Source of the DNA: Bdellovibrionales bacterium
Lineage (GTDB): Archaea > Nanobdellota > Nanobdellia > Woesearchaeales > UBA583
Direction: 5' to 3'
DNA length: 64,000 bases
NCBI GenBank assembly: GCA_964217375.1
Contig: CAXPJQ010000044.1
Coordinates: forward strand, 934-64,933
Shown here: in pieces, positions 17,716 through 27,626 of the stretch
Position numbering within the stretch: the stretch's first letter is position 1
How the letters are laid out: each line of letters begins with the position of its first letter
Translations under genes and position numbers: made by a program
The notes under the pieces: model-generated
The model's database searches: none
Told to the model about the DNA's origin: nothing
The model's input: the letters and a program-made list of their open reading frames with translations, nothing else

Positions 17716-18993
17716 ATGCCAAATAGTAAGATTACTCAAGAAACTTCAAGAATAAAATCTCTTTTCAATCATTTATTTTTATTTGAAACTTCTCATCTAA
17801 AAATTTTTTATGATACTTATCCTAAACAAATTAAAGAATTAGAAGATTTAGATTCTTTATATAAAGAAGTTAAATTTAATTCAAAATCTTCCTTTATCTC
17901 AGCATCTCAAAAAAGAGTTTTATCTCAAGAATTATCTAAAATTAAAGGTCAATCAAGAAAAATTGATGAAGATATTGAAAACCAAAGAAAAAAAGGATTT
18001 TCAGATTTATTAACAATTTCAAGTTCAATCTCTGAGATTTCAAAATCTGAGAGAAATTTAGCTGAATTTATGGCAAATTTATATAACTCTTCACCCTCAA
18101 GAACTAGTCTCCATAAAAAGAAAATAATTGTTAATGAAGTTTATAAGACACTTTATTGTGGAGCTATTTCTTCTTTAACTCTAAACTCTATGATTGCAAA
18201 TAAATTTACTGAAACTATTTATCATTATTTTCCTGAATTTCAAACAAATTATAGTCTTGAGGAAATTCTTATTGAAGACTCAGATTTTAGTCATGAGTTT
18301 AATTTAAAAGTTAGGATCCCTTTAATTATGTCATCTCTTATAAAAGATATTGGTTTTTTTTCACCACAATCTTTAAATTTTTCAGAAGGGAATGATAATT
18401 TAGTTTTTGACGAAGATCAAAGAAGAAAATATAATGAAACAAAACAAGAATCAAGAGATTCTTATCTTGAAAAAGGGTTAGGTTTTTATTCAAGTTTAGA
18501 AGATAAAGGATTAAGTGGTACAATTCCAAGGTTAACTATTGAGAATCCAGGAAATGAAGGAAATGATTTTTTGAATATTTTAACTCTTTCTCAAATTTAT
18601 TCTTCATTTCTATTTCCAAGAAGTTTTAATAGAGGGTTTAGAGATGCAGATATTTCATCTCATACTGCTTTTAAGAGAATAAACTCTCACTTTAGAAATT
18701 CAACGAATTTCCAAGTTGTAGAGTCATTTTTTAATAAAGTAGGTTATTTTCCTCCTGGCATTGGTTTTAATTATTATGATAGAAATAAAAATTCAAGAGA
18801 AATTGTGATGGTTAATGGTTTTTTACCAGATAAAGGTTCTCCTAAATTGTCTCAGTGTGTTAACTTAACTTCAGGAGGAATGTATGTAACAAATCCAACT
18901 CCATTTAATTTAATCCTTCCAAATAAAAACGTATCTTTTAGAGATTTGAGAGAATCTTGGAATTTAAATTTTAACTCAAAATATTTCTTTTGA
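17716..18993 (+). CDS. hypothetical protein resembling an HD-GYP domain with all catalytic residues replaced
   Basis: LIKDIGFF (vs LLHDIGK), ENPGNEGNDF (vs HHExxxGSGY) and ILTLSQIYSSFLFPRSF (vs ILQFSDIYHALSQRRYY of the intact HD-GYP at 59078..60955). Starts 2 nt after the pseudouridine synthase stop. Confidence 0.35.
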   Translation: MPNSKITQETSRIKSLFNHLFLFETSHLKIFYDTYPKQIKELEDLDSLYKEVKFNSKSSFISASQKRVLSQELSKIKGQSRKIDEDIENQRKKGFSDLLTISSSISEISKSERNLAEFMANLYNSSPSRTSLHKKKIIVNEVYKTLYCGAISSLTLNSMIANKFTETIYHYFPEFQTNYSLEEILIEDSDFSHEFNLKVRIPLIMSSLIKDIGFFSPQSLNFSEGNDNLVFDEDQRRKYNETKQESRDSYLEKGLGFYSSLEDKGLSGTIPRLTIENPGNEGNDFLNILTLSQIYSSFLFPRSFNRGFRDADISSHTAFKRINSHFRNSTNFQVVESFFNKVGYFPPGIGFNYYDRNKNSREIVMVNGFLPDKGSPKLSQCVNLTSGGMYVTNPTPFNLILPNKNVSFRDLRESWNLNFNSKYFF

Positions 18994-19059
18994 TTTTTTT
19001 TATTTAACTCCTAATCTAGAAATAAAAACATTTAAATAATTATAATTCCATTTTTTAAT

Positions 19060-19470
19060 ATGAAAAAATTTCTAATTTTACTTTTTGGAGTCTTATTTTT
19101 ATTCTCTTCATGTTCTTCAGGAGAAGAAGTTATTTTAGATGAAGAATATTTTGAGTTCTCTTTTGGATTTCTAGGATCTCCTGAGAGATCTTCAGGAACT
19201 TCAAATTCTTTAGAGTTACTTGCTTCTTATTCCTCAAATCAAGTTGGAAATATTTTAGAAAATAATCAAGTTTTCATTGAAAATAATGTTTGTGAAATTG
19301 ATTTAATTAATCCTCAATCATTCCAATATGCCCAAGAAGTTAAAATTAAAGTTATTTGTGAGAAACCTTTTAAAACTCCTCAAGTAAATGGAACTCTTAA
19401 TATTGAATATTTGGAGGGTTCAACACAGAGAATTTCTCAAGGTAATTTTTTAATTACAATTGATCAATAA
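19060..19470 (+). CDS. small predicted lipoprotein
   Basis: MKKFLILLFGVLFLFSSCSSG is a signal peptide plus lipobox. Confidence 0.55.
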   Translation: MKKFLILLFGVLFLFSSCSSGEEVILDEEYFEFSFGFLGSPERSSGTSNSLELLASYSSNQVGNILENNQVFIENNVCEIDLINPQSFQYAQEVKIKVICEKPFKTPQVNGTLNIEYLEGSTQRISQGNFLITIDQ

Positions 19471-19948
19471 AATCTCAGAGATTGGATTTATCTTTGATGT
19501 TTCATTTCTTATAATTTCATTTTTTTTAATTTTTAAATTTAGAAATCAAATTTCAAATTTCATTTTATTAATTTCAATTTCTCCAGTTATTCTTGGAGTT
19601 TTATCATCTATCCCATTTATTTTAATTGAAGAGAGTATAAATTGTATTAATTATGGAGATGGTCTTGGTTGTAGAATGACTACTTGGATTAATTTTGTTT
19701 TAATTTTTGAGATATTAATTTTACTTTACTTTACTAAAAAAAATAAGATAACTTCAATTAAAAAACCAATTATTATTTTTTCATTTATTGGTCTATTTTG
19801 GGAATTATTCTTTGGAGGTTTGAGAGGATTTATTTTTACTCCATTTATTTTATTTATGGCACCCTATGTAATGTTATCTTATGCATACATTTCATTAATA
19901 CCTCTTACTTTAATTACAAATAAAATCAAAAAAGAAAAGAATTTATAA
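19460..19948 (+). CDS. hypothetical polytopic membrane protein
   Basis: 162 aa with 4-5 hydrophobic helices. TTG start overlaps the upstream stop by 11 nt. Confidence 0.45.
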   Translation: MINKISEIGFIFDVSFLIISFFLIFKFRNQISNFILLISISPVILGVLSSIPFILIEESINCINYGDGLGCRMTTWINFVLIFEILILLYFTKKNKITSIKKPIIIFSFIGLFWELFFGGLRGFIFTPFILFMAPYVMLSYAYISLIPLTLITNKIKKEKNL

Positions 19949-19949
19949 A
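19942..19949 (+). promoter_or_regulatory. TATA box (TTTATAAA) for aspS
   Basis: Exact octamer 23-30 nt upstream of the ATG at 19972. It overlaps the stop codon of the previous gene. Confidence 0.5.
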
Positions 19950-19971
19950 CTTCTAACTTTTTCTAATAATT

Positions 19972-21798
19972 ATGAAAAGAACACATACTTGTAACGAGTT
20001 AAGAATTTCTGATGATACTAAAGATATTGTCTTAGTTGGTTGGGCTCAAAGAATTAGAGATCATGGTGGTAAAAAGTTTATTGATTTAAGAGATAGAGAT
20101 GGAATTACTCAAATTGTTTTTGATCCAGATGTAACTAAAAACTTTCAAGAAGTTGAATCTTTTAGAAGAGAGTTTTTAATTGAAATTTCAGGTACAGTTA
20201 GACCAAGACCTGAGGGTACAATTAATGAAAAACATGCAACTGGTGAAGTTGAAGTTTTAGTAAAAGAATTTAATTTAGTAAATTCTTGTGAAGTTTTACC
20301 TTTTGATTTAGATAAGGAAGAAACAAAAGATGTAAATGAAGAATTAAGATTAGAATATAGATATCTTGATTTAAGAAGACCTGAGATGTTAAATTCTTTA
20401 AGAAGAAAACATAAATTCATCTCAGCTCTGAGATACTTTTTTGATAAACATGATTTTATTGACGTTGAAACTCCAACATTAACTAAATCAACTCCAGAGG
20501 GTGCAAGAGATATGTTGGTTCCTTCAAGAAAACATGATGGAAATTTTTATGCACTTCCTCAATCTCCTCAGTTATTTAAACAACTTTTAATGGTTGCAGG
20601 TTTTGAGAGATATTATCAAGTTGCTAAATGTTACAGAGATGAAGACTCAAGAAAAGATAGACAGTTAGAATTCACTCAATTAGACCTTGAAATGTCATTT
20701 GTTGAATGGGAAGAATTTAGAGAATTAATGGAAGATTCATTAATTGAAGCAATTAAAGTATATGACAAAGAAATTTCAAAAGATCAATTTATTTCTCTAA
20801 CTTATGCAGAATCTATGGATAAATATGGTTCAGATAAACCTGATATGAGAATTCAAGGGTTAGAACTTGTAAATATTTCAGATGTTGCTGCAAATTGTGG
20901 TTTTTCTGTTTTCAAATCAATTGTTGAGAGAGGCGGTTTAGTTAAAGGTTTAAGAGTTCCAAAAGGTCAAGATCATTACTCCAGAAAACAAATTGATAAA
21001 TTAATAGAATTTTCTCAAGAGCATGGTGCAAAAGGTATGGCTTGGATGAAAGTAATTGAAGATAATAAAATCGAATCATCTATTTCAAAATTCTTTAGTG
21101 AGGAAGAACTTGAAACAATTAGGTCAAAATTAAGCGGAGAATCAGGAGATTTATTATTTTTTATTGCAGATACTAAAGAAACAACAAATGATGTCTTAGA
21201 TGCATTAAGAAGAAGAATTGCAGGAGAATTAAATTTAATTGCCGATCATGACGTATTTGCATGGATTACTGACTTCCCTCTATTTCAAATTGATGAAGAG
21301 AATGGGAATAGATTAAAAGCAGAACACTCTCCGTTTACAATGCCAAATGTTGAGGCTACAAAATTTATTGAAGAAAATATTAAAACAAAAGAAGATATTG
21401 AAACTCATAAAAATGAATTATTAAAATTAAATGGAGATTGTTATGACCTTTCATTTAACGGTATTGAAATTTGTTCAGGAGCTTTAAGGATTTATAGACC
21501 AGAATTACAAAAAAAAGTATTTGAAATTATTTCAATGCCTGAAGAAGAAATTCAGTCTCAATTTGGATGGTTTTTAAAAGCATATAACTATGGAGCTCCA
21601 TATCACAGAGGTTTAGCTTTTGGTGTTGAGAGAATTGTTATGCTTCTTGAAGGAAAAACTTCAATTAGAGATGTAATTGCCTTCCCTAAAACTAAAAACT
21701 GGACTTGTCCTTTAACTGACTCTCCATCCCCAGTTGATGAGAAACAATTAAGAGAACTTCATATCAAATTAAGAAATGAAGATAAAAAAGAAGAATAA
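19972..21798 (+). CDS. aspS: aspartyl-tRNA synthetase, long bacterial type with insertion domain
   Basis: FYALPQSPQLFKQLLMVAGFERYYQVAKCYRDED (class II motif 2 region) and GLAFGVERIVML (motif 3). 608 aa, versus about 430 aa for the archaeal type. Confidence 0.93.
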   Translation: MKRTHTCNELRISDDTKDIVLVGWAQRIRDHGGKKFIDLRDRDGITQIVFDPDVTKNFQEVESFRREFLIEISGTVRPRPEGTINEKHATGEVEVLVKEFNLVNSCEVLPFDLDKEETKDVNEELRLEYRYLDLRRPEMLNSLRRKHKFISALRYFFDKHDFIDVETPTLTKSTPEGARDMLVPSRKHDGNFYALPQSPQLFKQLLMVAGFERYYQVAKCYRDEDSRKDRQLEFTQLDLEMSFVEWEEFRELMEDSLIEAIKVYDKEISKDQFISLTYAESMDKYGSDKPDMRIQGLELVNISDVAANCGFSVFKSIVERGGLVKGLRVPKGQDHYSRKQIDKLIEFSQEHGAKGMAWMKVIEDNKIESSISKFFSEEELETIRSKLSGESGDLLFFIADTKETTNDVLDALRRRIAGELNLIADHDVFAWITDFPLFQIDEENGNRLKAEHSPFTMPNVEATKFIEENIKTKEDIETHKNELLKLNGDCYDLSFNGIEICSGALRIYRPELQKKVFEIISMPEEEIQSQFGWFLKAYNYGAPYHRGLAFGVERIVMLLEGKTSIRDVIAFPKTKNWTCPLTDSPSPVDEKQLRELHIKLRNEDKKEE

Positions 21799-22404
21799 TT
21801 ATTTCTTTTTAATTAAATCAACTAATTCTTTAAAGTGTTCTTGATTAATATGTCCTCTATTATCAAGTTCAACTATTTTTGAATTCTCAATTCTTGAATT
21901 ATATTCTCTAACGTGATTAAATGGAACAACTTTATCATCACGGCTATGAAATAAGTAAATACTTTTACATTGTTTTGAGATATTTTTTAATTTTTCATAA
22001 TTCAAACTAAAATTTCCAAGTTCTTTATCATTTCTATGATCAAAAACTGCTGCTACAAAATAAAGACCATAAATTTCTTGTGGAAAGTTATTCTCGGATA
22101 AATATTTAGCTAAAAATATTCCTCCCAATGAATGTCCAATTAAAATAACTTTTTTAGATTTTATTATCTCAAAATATTTTTCAAACCATATTTTCCAAGC
22201 ATTATAATCTGCTTTTTGTTTATTTGGCATAGTTGGTTTAATAACTTCAAATTTATCTTCCAAATCCTCTTGTAAATTTGATTTCCAGTCTTTATTTTGA
22301 GAATATGTAAAGTCTATTTTATATCTTTTTAGATACTCATAAAAATCTTTATCTTCTAAAAAAGAACTTCCTCCATGAATTACAATTACTTGGGTTTTTT
22401 CCAT
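21799..22404 (-). CDS. alpha/beta serine hydrolase (YdeN/RBBP9-like)
   Basis: VIVIHGG..., nucleophile elbow LIGHSLGG, late SRDDKVVP and GHIN. Confidence 0.6.
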   Translation of the reverse strand: MEKTQVIVIHGGSSFLEDKDFYEYLKRYKIDFTYSQNKDWKSNLQEDLEDKFEVIKPTMPNKQKADYNAWKIWFEKYFEIIKSKKVILIGHSLGGIFLAKYLSENNFPQEIYGLYFVAAVFDHRNDKELGNFSLNYEKLKNISKQCKSIYLFHSRDDKVVPFNHVREYNSRIENSKIVELDNRGHINQEHFKELVDLIKKK

Positions 22405-22457
22405 ATATTATTTTTTTAAATACTCAAACTTATAAATATAACTTGCATTAAATTAAT

Positions 22458-23045
22458 ATGAAATTTAAATTAAATTATCCAAAAATTTTACTTTTAATTT
22501 ATTTACTTCTATTTTTAATTTTAGCAATTAATCCATATGATAGATCTGTTTGGTGGGCAGAAAATATTCCAATCATGCTAATTGTTTTAATTTTAGTTTT
22601 AACATATAAAAAGTTTCAATTCTCAAATACCGCCTATACTTTAATGGGATTTTTAATTATAATGCACACAATTGGAGGTCATTACACTTTTGCAAGAGTT
22701 CCATTTGATTGGTTTAGTAACCTATTTGGATTTGAGAGAAATCATTATGATAGAATTGCACATTTTACTGTAGGGTTTTATGCTTATGCTATGGCAGAAT
22801 TTATCCAAAAAACAAAAGCAGCTAACAAAAAGTGGGTTTTATATTTAATGCCAATTTTTTTTATAATGTCTGTTGCAGGAGCTTATGAATTATTTGAATG
22901 GTGGTATGCAGTTTCAGCGGATCCCACTGCAGGAATTGAAGTTTTAGGTTCTCAGGGAGATATTTGGGATGCACAAAAAGATATTTTAATGGATACTCTT
23001 GGAGCTATTTTTTCAATGTTATTTTTTTGGTTTAAATCTAAATAA
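22458..23045 (+). CDS. DUF2238 (YjdF-like) membrane protein
   Basis: ERNHYDRIAHFTVGFY and YELFEWWYA motifs in a polytopic membrane protein. Confidence 0.5.
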   Translation: MKFKLNYPKILLLIYLLLFLILAINPYDRSVWWAENIPIMLIVLILVLTYKKFQFSNTAYTLMGFLIIMHTIGGHYTFARVPFDWFSNLFGFERNHYDRIAHFTVGFYAYAMAEFIQKTKAANKKWVLYLMPIFFIMSVAGAYELFEWWYAVSADPTAGIEVLGSQGDIWDAQKDILMDTLGAIFSMLFFWFKSK

Positions 23046-23092
23046 CTCTCCTTCTCAATAATCTTTTTAAAGCAATTTTAACTTCTTTTATT

Positions 23093-23752
23093 ATGGAAAC
23101 AACATCTGAGGATATTAAAAGAAAAAACATAATTTTTCTTAGTTCTTCTTATGTTAATTTAGCTAAATTATTTGCAAAAAATAATCCTGATTTAGACGTA
23201 TTTTTAGTTCTTGATAGAAAATTTCCTTTTGAGATTGAAGATCTAGATAATTTTTATACCTACACTTTTGATAAAAATAAAATGTTTGATTCTGATAAAG
23301 AAAGATATTTTGATAACTTAGCAATTTTTCTAAATCAATTTAGTCCCGATTTTTTTATCACAAATAATTATACAAAATTACTTCCAAAATCCTTTATTGA
23401 CTTTTTTAAATTTACAAATTCAAAAGTTAAAATGATAAATATTCATCATGCAGATTTAAGGATTTTAGATGATGAGGGAGATATGAAATTTAAAGGTTTA
23501 AATGCTGACATTAAAGAGTTTATAGATGAAGCTATGATTATTACAACAATTCATTTAATTGAGGATGAAAAAATGGATACAGGTAAAAAGTTATCTTTTT
23601 CTCATGAGACTACACTTAAAGAATTAAAAACAAAATCTGTAATTCATGGAAATGAAGATCTACTAAATTTCAGAAAAAGAAATATAGTAAGAGCATATCA
23701 TGAGAGAACTAAAGTTTTAAAACCTCTTAGAAAAGTAATAGATGATCTATGA
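23093..23752 (+). CDS. formyltransferase-fold (PurN-like) protein, divergent
   Basis: SPDFFITNNYTKLLPKSFI..MINIHHADL..TTIHLIEDEKMDTGK parallels PurN pdlivLAGfMrIL..iNIHPSLLP..TvH.V.e.lDtG. Confidence 0.4.
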   Translation: METTSEDIKRKNIIFLSSSYVNLAKLFAKNNPDLDVFLVLDRKFPFEIEDLDNFYTYTFDKNKMFDSDKERYFDNLAIFLNQFSPDFFITNNYTKLLPKSFIDFFKFTNSKVKMINIHHADLRILDDEGDMKFKGLNADIKEFIDEAMIITTIHLIEDEKMDTGKKLSFSHETTLKELKTKSVIHGNEDLLNFRKRNIVRAYHERTKVLKPLRKVIDDL

Positions 23753-23798
23753 AACTGGTTATCATATCAAGAATTTTAAATTGTTGAATATATATGAA

Positions 23799-24386
23799 TT
23801 AATTTTCAAATATTTTTTCTTTAAATTCATCTACTCTCTTATCTTGAATTAATTTATATATATAATTTTGAAAATATTTATTTCTAAAATCTTCTCTTTG
23901 AGTATGTTCAATAAATTCTTCAAATGATAAATAAATTGGATTAATTTTTTCACCTGCTTCCCGTCTATTCTCACAAATTACTTTTGAATTTCTTGATACA
24001 AAATAATATGTTGGCCAAATAATTTCAGATGAAATTTCACCCTCAAATAATAATTCTAACTCACCAACCATTCCCATTTCCTCAATTAATTCCCTTTTAG
24101 CCCCAGTTTCAGGATTTAAATCTTCCTTATCTAGTTGTCCACCTGGCATTGAAATGAATTTTCCTCTAAGTGGTTGTTCTTCTTCATATAAAATTATTTT
24201 ATTATTTTCATCAATTAAAATAATTTGAGTTGAACCTATTCTAACTATAGCCTCAAAAGTTGTGAAACTCCCATCAAAGAGTTCTTGTTCCCATTGCCAC
24301 GTATCAAATAAAATTCCTTCAAATACACACTTTGCATTTTGTGGTAAACCTTTAGGGATAGAAATATTTTTTTCTAATTTTTGCAT
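23799..24386 (-). CDS. NUDIX hydrolase
   Basis: Nudix box GGQLDKEDLNPETGAKRELIEEMGM (Gx5Ex7REUxEExGU). Confidence 0.8.
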   Translation of the reverse strand: MQKLEKNISIPKGLPQNAKCVFEGILFDTWQWEQELFDGSFTTFEAIVRIGSTQIILIDENNKIILYEEEQPLRGKFISMPGGQLDKEDLNPETGAKRELIEEMGMVGELELLFEGEISSEIIWPTYYFVSRNSKVICENRREAGEKINPIYLSFEEFIEHTQREDFRNKYFQNYIYKLIQDKRVDEFKEKIFEN

Positions 24387-24582
24387 AATATAAATTTAAG
24401 AATTATCTTTTAAAAACTTAAGGTAAAATTACAAGTAGCAACTTGTCTTTAAACCAAAAATTAAGTGGAAACAAATCGCAATAAGTAAATCTTATTAAAA
24501 ACTCATTGCTTTTCAAGGTTTTTCCTTGAATACATATTTATGATTTTTTTTATTTAAATACTTGACTTTAAAGTGCTTTCCT

Positions 24583-26556
24583 CTACACTATATACTCATA
24601 TTTCTCACAGCTTTTAATTAAGTTTTTATATTCAAAATCAGAGTTTAATGTTTGAGAGTTTCCAATTAATATTAATTTCTTTTTAGCTCTAGTTAATGCA
24701 ACATTTAATCTCCTTTTATCTTTTAGAAATCCAATTTCATTTTTCAAATTAGATCTAACAAAAGAGATAATAATAATTTCTTTTTCACCTCCTTGAAATC
24801 CATCAATTGATTTCACATTAATTTCATTATTTAATTTTGATTTTAATTCTTGAACTTGTAAATCATATGGAGTTATAACTCCAATATCTTGATTTTTTGC
24901 TCCATTATTTAAATAAGTGTCAACAATTTTTTCAACAATTTCACATTCAATTTGGTTTAGGTATGATGTTGAATTTTCTCTTGAGCTCTCAAGATTATTT
25001 TTAATTTTTTTTGTATCTATAAAAACTAAGTTATTTTCTTTAAATTCATCTTTAATATTAATATCTTTTAATTTCCAATTAGAATTTATTTTATTTGATT
25101 TTAATTTATTTTCATAAAATGTTTTATTTGAAAATTCAACTATATCTTGGTGCATTCTATATTGAGTATCAAGCATAATTGATTTCTCTTTTGGATATAA
25201 TTCAATTAATCTCTCAAATAATGAATAATTTAAATCTCTTGCTTCATTTGATAACACTGTTGGAGGTAATTGTTTATGATCTCCTGCAAGAATTAATTTT
25301 GGAGCAAAAATTGCAGGTATTAAACAACTAGGTTCAACTGCTTGAGTTGCCTCATCAATAAATACTACATTAAATTTATTTTGAGTTATATTAATATAAT
25401 TTTCCAAAATCTCAGCTCCTGCAGTGGTATTTGTTGTACATATAATTTGTTTAGATGTTATAACTTCCTCAATTGCATAATTTTCAAGTCTTCTTGACTT
25501 CTCACTTAATTCTCTAATTCTTTCCTGAACTACAATCCATGAGGCCATTTTTCTCATTAATGGTGCAGGCACTCCCCTTGATTGTTTTCTATATTTTCCA
25601 TATTTTTTAATTTGTGAATCACTAAGTCCTCTCCTTAAATCTTTAGTTGGTTTTTGGTATTGTTTTTGTAGTTCTTTTGATCTCTCAATTTCTTTATGTA
25701 ATAGTTTTGCATCTTTAAAGAAAGTTTCAAATTCAACCAAGTAATCAAGAGAGTAATTAGTTAGATTTGTATCAATTCTTGATGGGTTTCCAATACGAAC
25801 TACATTATCACTATACTTAGTTATTTTTTCTAAAATATTATCAACACCTTGATTTGAATCACAACAAACTAAAACTCTATCTCCATTTTTTACACACTGT
25901 AAAATACTCTCAACTAATGTTGTTGTTTTCCCAGTTCCAGGTGGCCCATGTAATAAAAAGAAATCTTTAGTTTCAAGAATTTTATTTACAGCATCAATTT
26001 GAGTTTGATTTAATTTTTCATTTTCAACTTGAATTTGTTTAATTTGATTTTTTTCATGAAGAAGAGGATTTCCAAGTAAATTTCTTTTTAGTTCCCAGTT
26101 TCCTTTTAATTTAGATAAAGCTATTTTTTGTCTTTGAAAAACAACATCATTTGTAAACAAATCAAGTCTAAGCCCAGTTGTGTAGTGATATGATTGTGGT
26201 TCTCTTGGGTATGCAACAGTAATTGAGTTATAATTTTTAGAAATTACAGTTCCTTGTAATTCTTGACCTGAGGGTTTTTTACTTTGAGTAACTATTACTA
26301 AATCTCCTACTTGAATTTCATTTTTAGGTAATTTATCTTCAATCTTTTTAAATTTAATGAGATATGTTTTTCCAAGTCCACGGCCTGCATCTTTTCCTTT
26401 TAAATTTAAAATTGCTCTTCCCGCATTTTCTCTTTTTTGAGGAGAAAACCTTTTAATTTCTCCCAAATGTAATCTTCTCTCTTCTTCTCTTTCAAGTAAA
26501 ATTAGTTTTTTAAAATAATCAATATAATCAAAAATATTTGGGAAATTTTTTCTCAT
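24583..26556 (-). CDS. Upf1/DNA2/NAM7-like superfamily-1 helicase
   Basis: LLHGPPGTGKTTT (Walker A), VFIDEATQ, LILAGDHKQLPPTV, LDTQYRMH, SIDGFQGGEKEIIIIS, VALTRAKKKL. Confidence 0.85.
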   Translation of the reverse strand: MRKNFPNIFDYIDYFKKLILLEREEERRLHLGEIKRFSPQKRENAGRAILNLKGKDAGRGLGKTYLIKFKKIEDKLPKNEIQVGDLVIVTQSKKPSGQELQGTVISKNYNSITVAYPREPQSYHYTTGLRLDLFTNDVVFQRQKIALSKLKGNWELKRNLLGNPLLHEKNQIKQIQVENEKLNQTQIDAVNKILETKDFFLLHGPPGTGKTTTLVESILQCVKNGDRVLVCCDSNQGVDNILEKITKYSDNVVRIGNPSRIDTNLTNYSLDYLVEFETFFKDAKLLHKEIERSKELQKQYQKPTKDLRRGLSDSQIKKYGKYRKQSRGVPAPLMRKMASWIVVQERIRELSEKSRRLENYAIEEVITSKQIICTTNTTAGAEILENYINITQNKFNVVFIDEATQAVEPSCLIPAIFAPKLILAGDHKQLPPTVLSNEARDLNYSLFERLIELYPKEKSIMLDTQYRMHQDIVEFSNKTFYENKLKSNKINSNWKLKDINIKDEFKENNLVFIDTKKIKNNLESSRENSTSYLNQIECEIVEKIVDTYLNNGAKNQDIGVITPYDLQVQELKSKLNNEINVKSIDGFQGGEKEIIIISFVRSNLKNEIGFLKDKRRLNVALTRAKKKLILIGNSQTLNSDFEYKNLIKSCEKYEYIV

Positions 26557-26588
26557 AAAATAAATAAAAATTTTAATTTATTTAAATT

Positions 26589-27626
26589 TTATTTCTTCGG
26601 ACTATATAATTTAAATGCAGATGCTACAAGTAAAGGAAAAACTAATGTTGCTTCGGCTTCAACTTTTACTCTTTTGGCATCAGGGGCAATTTTCCCCCAA
26701 CTTACTGCTTCATCAATTGGAGCTCCAGCATTTGAACCTTCCATTTCAAGTCCTGAATTAATATAAACACAATAATCAGCTCCATCTCTAAATAATCCTA
26801 CATTTGCAACTAAATGTTTTGGAACTGATCCTCCAATTGAGATAATACCCATTTTTTCAGAATCTAGTCCAATATCAGTTACTTGAACAATATAATCTGA
26901 AGTATCAATTTTTAATTCTGGATGATTTTTCTTAAAAAAATAAATCATATCTCCCAATGAACCATCTGGAAGGGCAGGACAAAATATAGGTAAATTATTC
27001 TTATATGCAAAATAAGTAAAACTTTCTTCTTTATTTTCTATATCTTGAATTTCTAGTTCATGTCCAAGTTCGAATACAAATTCTTTAATTCCAATAATTT
27101 CTCCAGTTTTTCTTTGTTTTTCAAGTAATCTTTGAAGAAATGGATTCATAAATTTTTCAAAATATAAATATCTATCATTTGGAATAAAAATATTTCCCGT
27201 TCTATTAATTCCTTCTTCTCTTAAATAAGTTCCATTTGCTCTAAAATCTCCTAATACAAATGGTTTAAAACATTTAATAATGTCCTCCTCAATTGCTCCT
27301 GCTGTTGTTGCTATAACATCTACAAGTTTATTTTTAATTAAGTATTTGATATGTTCTCTAACTCCACAAGTCCCCATGTTTGAAGTAAAAGCTAAAAAAA
27401 TAGTGGCTTTATTATCTCTCATTTCTTTTGTAATTTCAATTGCTTGACCTAAACATGTCGCTTGAAATCCAGTATTTATATATGACTTCATAAATTCTTC
27501 AAATTTAAATTCTTTATCAAAGTCATAACCTTTAATTTCTGGCCATCCATCCAATGTATTTGCTTGTTTTAATACATTTTCTTTTGCATTTTTTTCTTTT
27601 TTATTCATATTGTCATATGTTGTCAT
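26589..27626 (-). CDS. dys: deoxyhypusine synthase
   Basis: 345 aa with IFLAFTSNMGTCGVRE, TTAGAIEEDIIK and IGGSVPKH strings typical of DHS. Confidence 0.85.
   Translation of the reverse strand: MTTYDNMNKKEKNAKENVLKQANTLDGWPEIKGYDFDKEFKFEEFMKSYINTGFQATCLGQAIEITKEMRDNKATIFLAFTSNMGTCGVREHIKYLIKNKLVDVIATTAGAIEEDIIKCFKPFVLGDFRANGTYLREEGINRTGNIFIPNDRYLYFEKFMNPFLQRLLEKQRKTGEIIGIKEFVFELGHELEIQDIENKEESFTYFAYKNNLPIFCPALPDGSLGDMIYFFKKNHPELKIDTSDYIVQVTDIGLDSEKMGIISIGGSVPKHLVANVGLFRDGADYCVYINSGLEMEGSNAGAPIDEAVSWGKIAPDAKRVKVEAEATLVFPLLVASAFKLYSPKK

Noticed and set aside
24387-24582. C/D-box or H/ACA guide RNA in the helicase-NUDIX spacer
   Set aside because: There is no RUGAUGA/CUGA box pair on either strand, and no ACA-tailed 60-70 nt hairpin with a pocket. 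It is kept only as a generic structured-RNA candidate.
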